A stretch of DNA of 64,000 bases, from assembly GCA_951406725.2 (NCBI GenBank), contig OX597818.1, positions 61,876,001-61,940,000 of the forward strand, read 5' to 3'. Positions 55,490 through 64,000 of the stretch are shown one piece after another. How positions within the stretch are numbered: position 1 is the first letter of the stretch; each line of letters begins with the position of its first letter. The position numbers and the translations under genes are program-made. The notes beneath the pieces are model-generated. The model saw only the letters and a list, made by a program, of their open reading frames with translations, did no database searches and was not told the DNA's origin. This stretch comes from Octopus vulgaris (Eukaryota).

Positions 55490-56925
55490 TTAGATAGCAA
55501 TTTACTCCAGATATCACAGGGATGTGGCTTCTCTATTGTATGAATGGTTCTGTGAGTATATTAGTGATTAATTCGAGAGAATGATTTGCCTCAGATATCA
55601 CAGTGATATGGTTTCTCTCTTGTATGAATGCATTTGTATTCAATTGAAGATTTGAGAGAATGATTTACCACGGTGCAACAGCGATACGACGAGCCAATGA
55701 GAAAGCCTCTAGGTAATCGTTCATAATGCTGGAAATAGTAGCCAAATCTAGATCGTAATTTTAGAGAGATTTAGGCGGTGTGGATTATGTGGTCCTAAGC
55801 TACTTGTACTCGAGAAAAAAGACGAGATGGTTGATATTGGATTGTCTTTAATCATAATTCATTTCGATCAGATTCAGCTTGGAGCTAAGCGAAAGCAGCC
55901 TCTGTGATATGGCTTTTCCTCAACAAATACACCTGACTTTCACAATAAGTACAACTTGCTTTTGCGATAACCGCTCGTCTTTTACAAGTGCAACTGGCTT
56001 TTACAATATCTGCTGCTGGATTTTTTTAAGTGTATTTGGCTTCTATAAGTGCAGCTGAGTCTAAATCAAGCGATAAGTTTTAAAACTTACCCAAGCCAAA
56101 TCTGAATGAGTTTGACACAAGAAGCGAGAGAAACAACACTTTCTGTTTAGTGAAAGCGTGACAAGTTGGAGAGAATTGTTGTGCTATTTGAGTCAAGCCG
56201 ACAATTATGAGGTTAAATAAAGCTTATATTATGGAATTAAATAAAGCTTGAAAGAGATAAGAAAACTTATACAATTTAAAATTGTTCAGATGGTGACGAA
56301 ATTGAGAAAATTAATTACTATATGGCAGCGATATGGTTTCTCTCAAACACGAATGCTTTTGTGAATAAATGAGCGATCATTTCAAGACAATGATTTATAA
56401 TAGAGAAGCGTAGTTTTATATTTTTGTCTCTTGTCTGAATGCTTTTGTGGGTGAATTACTTGGGAGCAATTGCAGAAAATTATAGGCCACGGATATCATA
56501 CAAAGACATTGTCTCTTTCCTTTATAAATGCGTTTATATTTAAGTGAGTATTTCAGAAAACGCTTTACCACAACACAATACAGCGATATAGAGATTCGCT
56601 TTCAGGGCAGCGAGCTGGCAGAATCGTTAGCACGCCGGGTGAAATGCTTAGCGGTATTTTGTCTTCCGTTACGTTCTGAGTTCAAATTCCGCCGAGGTCG
56701 ACTTAGCCTTTCATCCTTTTGAGGTCGATTAAATAAGTACCAGTTACGCACTGGGGTCAACATAATCGACTTAATCCTTTCATCTGTCCTTGTTTGTCCT
56801 CTCTGTGTTTAGCCCCTTGTGGGTAGTAAAGAAATAGGTATAGAGATTCGCTTGATAAAGTTTCCTTCCTGTATGAATGTGTTTACCTTTAAATGAGGAT
56901 TTTGGGAGAATGATTTATCACTTTA
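55490..56925 (-). pseudogene. Decayed tandem C2H2 zinc-finger (Kruppel-type) gene
   Basis: 84-bp periodicity; minus translation at ~55490-55630 [44 protein letters not shown]; more finger and linker remnants at ~55900-55920, 56320-56590 and 56855-56920. Interrupted by stops, frameshifts and a SINE. Confidence 0.8.
56602..56838 (+). mobile_element. SINE family B, full length with 15-bp TSD
   Basis: TSD tatagagattcgctt at 56587-56601 and 56839-56853. Confidence 0.9.
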
Positions 56926-57109
56926 TTACTTCTCTTTAACAAATGCCACCGACTTTTACAAATGCACCAAGAATTTATACCCTGCGCATCTCGGTTCTAC
57001 AAGTGTAGCTGTTCTGTATATGACCTGAAACGGTTCCAAATAATGACAGAAAAATGTGAAAACTAATCTATACCCCAAAATCATAAGTTAGAAAAACCTT
57101 ATTCCTTAT

Positions 57110-57340
57110 TTTTTTATTGCCCACAAGGGGCTAAACATAGAGGGGACAAACAAGGACAGACAAACGGATTAAATCGATTATATCGACCCCAGTGCATAAC
57201 TGGTACTTATTTAATCGATCCCGAAAGGATGAAAAACAAAGTCGACTTCGGCGGAATTTGAACTCAGAACGTAACCGGCAGACGAAATACCGCTAGGCGT
57301 TTCGCCCTGCGTGCTTAACGATTCTGCCAGCTCGCCACCT
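57110..57340 (-). mobile_element. SINE family B, full length
   Basis: Reverse complement of 56602-56838; imperfect TSD tagaaaaa..attcct. Confidence 0.85.
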
Positions 57341-57693
57341 TAGAAAAAATTAATTCCTATCCAGTTCGAAACGGAAATATACCAGAAGTCATGTGTATCA
57401 TAAAGAGAATGGAAAGATAATAGGTACCCGTGGGTGAAGAGTGGCATGTTGGACATACATGTTGTGTCATGTGAGTCAATACGGAAACGGGATTTGGTCA
57501 CCGAAACGAAATTTAGCCACGGAAACGAGACTTATCAACGAAATGAGACTTGGCTACGGAAACAATACACTTGAGATTAACTTTGAAGTTGAACAAACTC
57601 TGAAAAATTCAGAGAGCCACAGATGGCAGCGCGGATTACTTGAATGAGTGAATATTGTATAAAAAGACTTGCACACTTACTTAAAGGACTTGT

Positions 57694-57756
<63 letters not shown>

Positions 57757-57864
57757 TATAAGTTATTTTTGTGTTGATGAGCGAAAATATAGAAATATAC
57801 AGATGCATCTCTCGAATCTTCTACGGGAAACTCAACAACGTAATACAGGGCTTGCTTCAGCGCT

Positions 57865-57934
<70 letters not shown>

Positions 57935-57935
57935 T

Positions 57936-57985
<50 letters not shown>

Positions 57986-58522
57986 TATGTATTTACACAA
58001 ACATTCCCTTATTACCATCGTTATTTCATATGATATGAACTATTTATATCTTTATCATACTTTCTTATGAGTTGTCCTGAAAGTATATTTTAAAGATCTT
58101 CGATGTTTCTAGAATTACCCATTTTATTTTCTGTACAAACTGGCCGTTAGTGGCAAGTTTTATTGCCATTTTATGGTAGGAAGGAGCCATGAGATCAATA
58201 CTTCGTTAATCATTTATCAATAACAACTAACAATCCCGCAATCCTGCGAACATGGCATATACGATTCACAAATTCGATTTGACTTGTGAAAGTAGTAAAC
58301 ATCACGACTATAACTATCTTTCCTAGTCCGACATTTTCTCACTAGCTCACTACAGATTTAAAAGCAGTAACTGTAACGCCCTACTTAATACAACGTAGTA
58401 TAAAACGATACGTAAACATTAATAAACAATACCTCTACCTTATCTAAAATTCCGCATTATTATCCGTGTAAGACCAAATCCATTTACTTTATAAAATTGG
58501 TTCTCAGATTTTCTGCATTCTA

Positions 58523-59106
58523 TTGGGTTGTCCGGAAAGTTCGTGCCGATTACCTTTCGTCTTATTTTAGTTCGTGCAGCTTACCTTTCGACTTATTTTA
58601 GAACATGGTTGAGTCTATAAAATAGGATTTGACTACACCTCCATTTAGAGCACAGTTTAAGCTATCTTTTCGTGGAAGAAGGTTTATGTTCCTATAACTT
58701 GTGTTAGTTCTGTAACCCTTTAAAATGGAAGATAAGAAAGTTCATTTTCGGCACTTGATGCTTTTGGAACCAGACAAAAATTGTTGCAGCTCGGCTGGAA
58801 TGTGTTACCCCACCCTCCATATTCACCAGATATTGCTCCTTCGGATTTCCACTTATTCAGGTCTCTGCAGAATAGTCTTAATGGTAAAAATTTCAATTCC
58901 TTGGATGACGTAAAATGATACCTTGATGAATTCTTTGCCATGAAACCACCTCAGTTCTAGGAAGAGGGTATTTTCAAGTAAAAGGAAAGATGGAGGTTCA
59001 TTGTGCAACAAAATGGTTCATATTTGGTTGATTAAATGTAATGGCAAGTATTTATTGACTTTTTTCTTTCCTTTAAAAATCGGCACGAACTTTCCGGAAA
59101 ACCCAA
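58523..59106 (+). mobile_element. Internally deleted mariner transposon
   Basis: TA TSD on both sides; ~29-bp TIR ttgggttgtccggaaagttcgtgccgatt; transposase N-terminus MEDKKVHFRHLML (58725) joined to C-terminus LGWNVLPHPPYSPDIAPSDFHLFRSL with stops. Confidence 0.92.
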
Positions 59107-59411
59107 TATAATATCTAACAAGGTTCTGTTATGACCAAAATTTTACGAATATTGTCGTCTTCATCTTCTACACCCTAGCGTTACACTCTTCATATACTTT
59201 CTAATCCTGTTATATATTCTAAGGTTCTCGTATATTAAGCTTTTATACTGATCCTTTCCACTTTCTTATATAAGCTAATTCTCCCCAAAACTTTCAGTTT
59301 TCTAATTATTTCTTTAACGAGATCTTCTAGAACCTAAACAAAATCAACTGATTAAATAATCTCTTAACCTTATCAACTGATATTCTCTCATTATCATGTA
59401 TTTCACGTGTG

Positions 59412-59451
<40 letters not shown>

Positions 59452-59504
59452 ATATATGTATGTAGATCTTTGCACGCGTACTTGTTTGTATGTATGTTTG
59501 TATG

Positions 59505-59536
<32 letters not shown>

Positions 59537-59589
59537 CGTGAGTGCGTAGATATATATACATACATACATACATACACACATCGCGACAT

Positions 59590-59793
59590 CGCGTGTGTAC
59601 CGGTGGCAATTTTTTCCCTCCGTCTTCCCTTCCTTGGATCTTTCCTTTTCCTATGTTTCTGACGAAGAGCTCCGCTCGAAACGTTAAGCCCTCCTTCTTC
59701 CCTTCTTTCCTGAGCGTCCAATAACACTATACTCGTTCCACGTCGTCGCGTTGTTGTGTTTTCTCTTTGTGTTTTCATGCTTGGATTAACTTT
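59590..59793 (+). mobile_element. Penelope-like pLTR fragment in a CA/TA microsatellite
   Basis: Carries a hammerhead motif, and its tail recurs at 14320-14403. Confidence 0.65.
59655..59689 (+). ncRNA. Minimal type I hammerhead ribozyme motif (PLE-type)
   Basis: Stem I gttt/aagc; CTGACGA 59659-59665; extra A; stem II gagc/gctc; GAAA 59678-59681; palindromic stem III aacgtt. Confidence 0.8.
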
Positions 59794-60519
59794 ATATATA
59801 CACACATCTATATTTACATATATATTCTTTTACTTGTTTCAGTCATTTGACTGCGGCCATGCTGGAGCACCGCCTTTAGTCGAGCAAATCGACCCCGGGA
59901 CTTATTCTTTGTAAGCCCAGTTTCTTTTGCCGAACCGCTAAGTGACGGGGACGTAAGCACACCAGCATGTGACGGGGAGACAAACACACACACATGCATA
60001 TATATATATATATACATATATACGACAGGCTTCTTTCGGTTTCCGTCTACCAAATCCACTCACAAGGCATTGGTCGGCCCGGGGCTATAGCAGAAGACAC
60101 TTGCCCAAATTGCCACGCGGTGGGACTGAACCCGGAACCATGTGGTTGGTTAGCAAGCTACTTACCACACAGCCACTCCTGCGCCTATGTATATATGTAT
60201 ACATTATTAATATTATTATTATGGTTTGTTTTGGTCGTGTCATTTTCTTGTCACTCTCGAGCTTCTGTTTGCTTTCAGGTCATCAGACAGACCAAAACCC
60301 CAGGGTGGTAAGAAACCGATTGAACCGCAGCAAAGAACCTTTGGGCAAATTGTATTATGAGACATCAGACGACCGCACATTGCTGCAGGGAGAACAGAAA
60401 GGAGCAGCTTCGACCAACTCACCACTAAGTCAGAAACAATACAGAAAAGAAAACCAATCACACTGAATGGCAGTGCTCCAGCATGGCCTCACTCTCAAAC
60501 TGAAATCAGTAAAAAGTTT

Positions 60520-60727
60520 CAGTAATCTCACGCCATATCGCGGTTCCCTTATCGCGCACTCAATACATCGCGGGTTTTTTCCTGGCTAATATACGTAAAT
60601 TTATATCACGGACTCCTCAGTATATCGCGGGTTTCTGCAGCCGATCAGTATTTATATTTTTTTAGATTTTAATTATTCCTGAGGGAGGTTTTGGAACATA
60701 ATACCAGTGATAGTCGAGGGATTACTG
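60520..60727. mobile_element. Tigger/pogo-like MITE
   Basis: Imperfect TIRs cagtaatctcacgccatatcgcgg / gatagtcgagggattactg followed by TA; internal tatcgcgg repeats. Confidence 0.6.
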
Positions 60728-60735
60728 TATGTATG

Positions 60736-60774
<39 letters not shown>

Positions 60775-61197
60775 ACTCTTTTACTTGTTTCAGTCATTTG
60801 ACTGCAGCCATGCTCGAGCACCGCCTCTAGTCGAGCAAATCGACCCCAGAACTTATTCTTCGTTAGCCTAGTACTTATTCTATCGGTCTCTTTTGCTGAA
60901 CCGCTAAGTTACGAGGACGTAAACACACCAGCATCGGTTGTCAAGCGATGTTGGGGGGTGGGGACAAACACACACACAAGCATATACACACGCATACATA
61001 TATATATACATATATACGACGGGCTTCTTTCAGTTTCCGTCTACCAAATCCACTCACAAGGCTTCTGTCGGCCCGAAGCTATAGTAGAAGACACTTGCAC
61101 AAGGTGCCACGCAGTGGGACTGAACCCAGAACCATGTGGTTCGTAAGCAAGCTACTTAGCACACAGCCACTCCTACGCCTATAATATATATATATAT

Positions 61198-61604
61198 AAG
61201 TTCAGCAAAATTTAGATTCAGATGAATATGGTACTTAAGTTAAAGGCACCTGAATTTTGTATGATATTATCCATATAAATCAAATGGGGAGATTATAATC
61301 AAAATAAGCAACAAGGATATCCAAGGTAGAGTAGTACAATTGTTTCATGCTACTTCATTTTATTAAACATTGCAAGTATTACATCAGTTTTAAAATATCG
61401 AGCAATCTTCAGCCACATATAGAATTTTCCTAATTAATGAAATAGAGATAAGAAGGTGCATTTTCCGTTTAATTAGAAAATTCTATATGTGGCTGAAGAT
61501 TGCTCGACATTTTAAAAATTAATGTAACTCTTACAATGTTTAATAAAATGAAGTAGCATGAAACAATTGTACTACTCTACCTTGGATATCCTTGTTGCTT
61601 ATTT
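61198..61604 (-). mobile_element. Fold-back element: ~135-bp inverted arms plus ~105-bp single-copy tail, in (TA)n
   Basis: 61301-61437 is complementary to ~61469-61604 with a ~30-nt loop; each arm contains CTGAAGA...GAAACAATTGTA. Confidence 0.75.
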
Positions 61605-61605
61605 G

Positions 61606-61650
<45 letters not shown>

Positions 61651-61921
61651 CCATACTTTAACCCTGTGATTGTGCGTGAGCTGCTGAAAATTCCGTTATA
61701 GAATACACCATGTAGTTCAGTCTGATTGGAGAGCGGGAAATGAAGCACATTTCTTAAGAGCAAAACGCGCCAACATTATTATAGTTATATATGACAATGC
61801 GTGTGCGTGTATTTGTGCGTGTGTTCATGTGCATGTGTGTGTGTGTGTCTCTTTTTGCTTGTGTATATTTACATATATGCATGAATATGTGTATGTATAA
61901 TCCGTGCTAGGATTAAGCTTA

Positions 61922-62200
61922 CTGGATCATAATCAAAATCAGATAATTCGAAGAGAGAGCGGAGTGAACGATGTGATCGCAGAACCCCGAAAGTACAAGT
62001 TCTGCATGGCTGGACATGCTGCAAGGCTCACAAAAACCAGTGGGACCCGTGTAGTTATCGAATGAAAGCCAAGAGATCGGAAGGGGCCACATTTGGAAGG
62101 CCATCACGATTTAAATTAAGCAATTTCGGTCAAGATGGAAAATAATAGGGCAATCGAGACTGAATTGGAAGCGCATTGTGACCAGCTGTGTATAACAGCA
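61922..62200 (+). mobile_element. RTE LINE ORF C-terminal relic
   Basis: Translation IIRRESGVNDVIAEPRKYKFCMAGHAARL...IE*KPRDRK...GRP matches the RTE WAGHVAR...W.PR..KR..GRP motif. Confidence 0.7.
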
Positions 62201-62792
62201 ACTGATGATCTGGTCAATCCCCTGATACTGTAATACTATGTATATGAATACACACACACACATACACACACAAACACACACACACAATGGGTGAAAATAC
62301 GCGAAAAGGCGTAGAACAGATACAAACCGGATTAGTGCCCAAACTGGATTATATTCATAAAATCTAACGTTCCGATCACAGAAGAAATAATCCAGGTGAA
62401 CAAGATTTGGTTATAGGGAACGCACCCGTCGAGCTAGATTTATTCCTTCGATTGAAGGGATTTAGGTGGCGACACGATTATGGCTTAAATTCGCTTATTT
62501 CATATATATATTCTAATATCAATTTATTGCATATCTATGTTTGTATAGTTCACATGACTGCATCGATTTGTTACCGAATTCCCGAAACAGCTGCAAAGGA
62601 TTACCAAGGGTTTTCGCCTTTCTTCTCAATCGTACTTTCACTTATGCAAACTCCCAATATCTATTTGTGAAGGACCACCGTAGATACCATCTCCCTTTTT
62701 CCTGCTCTGTTCTATTTATATTTGCATATCTGCAACATATTTATAAATGCTTTGATACCACAATCAAATACTTGTGCATCTAACATCATTAC

Positions 62793-62885
<93 letters not shown>

Positions 62886-62889
<4 letters not shown>

Positions 62890-63097
62890 TAGTTTTATTT
62901 TTATAGCATGCTTTCACTTCACTACCGAGCGCAGCTCTGTGTGCCTTGGGTATGTGCTGTAATTTGTTGTGATACTCTGATGGTTATTGTATGGAAAGTG
63001 TTCTGCGTAGTGTGTGTGCAGTGCCTAGTAGTGCAATTTTCTGTATGTTATATGTGTTTGTAAGTCCTGGTGTTCTTGTTATGTATTTGTCTGAATA

Positions 63098-63102
<5 letters not shown>
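62886..63102 (-). mobile_element. 5'-truncated R4/Dong-type non-LTR retrotransposon in (TAA)n
   Basis: Minus translation KYSDKYITRTPGLTNTYNIQKIALLGTAHTLRRTLSIQ* (stop at 62984-62986), short 3' UTR, (TAA)n on both sides. Confidence 0.75.
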
Positions 63103-63132
<30 letters not shown>

Positions 63133-63154
63133 GTTGTTGTTGTTTTTGTTGTTG

Positions 63155-63209
<55 letters not shown>

Positions 63210-63697
63210 GGGGAAGTTATTGCCTCGATCGATCTGAGTGGCGTAAAATGTGTCATGATGCATCTAAGCAATTTGAGTTGAAGGAACGGAACAATAAAAC
63301 AATCATATCCTGCAATCAACCGGCACATTTGTCCAACTCCAGGCAAAATCAAAATTGTTATCGTCCCCAACGTAATTTCATAGCAACATCCATCCCTGAA
63401 CTCAAATTGCATTTTCACGCATCCATCGCAAATAGATGCAACTTCTTTAGTTTTATTCCATTTTTTCCCCTAATCTTGTCCTTCATAAACTCATATGCTG
63501 AAATCGACGGGAGTGACGATTGCAGGTGGGGCCCAGTTAGAATTCTCTTCAGGTCGAATAGAACACCCTGCTCAAAAGGTCTCTGATTAAGGCTTGTTTA
63601 AGGATGATGAACAAAACATGTTTCTAGAGGTGAATTTTTCAAACCCCAAAGTATTCCTCACAACACATAGCTATTATTATTATTTTTATTATTATTA

Positions 63698-63731
<34 letters not shown>

Positions 63732-63734
63732 TTT

Positions 63735-64000
63735 TTTTTTCTTCTTTCAAATTTTCTTCCATTTCTTGCCGAGTGTCTTCCCGACTCCTAGGGCAAAGAA
63801 ACTCATAGTATATATTGGTAGGCCATTAAACCAAACTCAGTAGTTCGTTCATTTTTTTTTTTTTTTTTTTTAAAGTTAAATTAAAATACATGAGCAGCAA
63901 CAGTTCTCACATCGACAATGCTCTTCTCAATACGTGTGATGTACCAGTTAAGACAATCTTTTGCACTTCTTGCAGGGATGGTAAGCCAGGGATCATTATT
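63735..64000 (-). mobile_element. 3' end of a second R4/Dong-type retrotransposon (runs off the window)
   Basis: Minus translation IMIPGLPSLQEVQKIVLTGTSHVLRRALSM* (stop at 63907-63909); 3' UTR ends in an A-rich run adjoining (TAA)n. Confidence 0.7.

Noticed and set aside
55511-55610. tatcacag repeats resembling miR-2 seeds or a miRNA cluster
   Set aside because: Explained by the antisense of zinc-finger codons (TGT GAT ATC).
218-63791. Numerous long ORFs rich in YI/HT/CV/poly-I/L/Y
   Set aside because: These are translations of (TA)n, (CA)n, (TATG)n, (TAA)n microsatellites or SINE bodies, with no coding signal.

Overview
AT-rich, microsatellite-saturated animal genomic DNA. The repeat families and [17 protein letters not shown] zinc-finger relics suggest an Octopus (coleoid cephalopod) genome; this is an inference. 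Almost all listed ORFs are (TA)n/(CA)n/(TAA)n or SINE artefacts. The only plausible host coding sequence is a 49-nt minus-strand first coding exon encoding a signal peptide (31920-31968), lying next to a GA/CpG-rich promoter-like block and followed by an intron that probably runs off the left end. The rest is mobile DNA: three abundant tRNA-derived SINE families (one forming head-to-tail multimers), a Helitron, hAT/Tigger/foldback MITEs, an internally deleted mariner, RTE and R4/Dong LINE ends, a tRNA-Glu pseudogene and a decayed C2H2 zinc-finger array. The most notable signal is two intact minimal hammerhead ribozyme motifs (45001-45046, 59655-59689), several degenerate ones, and fold-back 'hairpin plus tail' elements sitting in TA microsatellites, which resemble Penelope-like (PLE) pLTR insertions. 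All alignments were done by eye, so boundaries are approximate unless a TSD or TIR is given.
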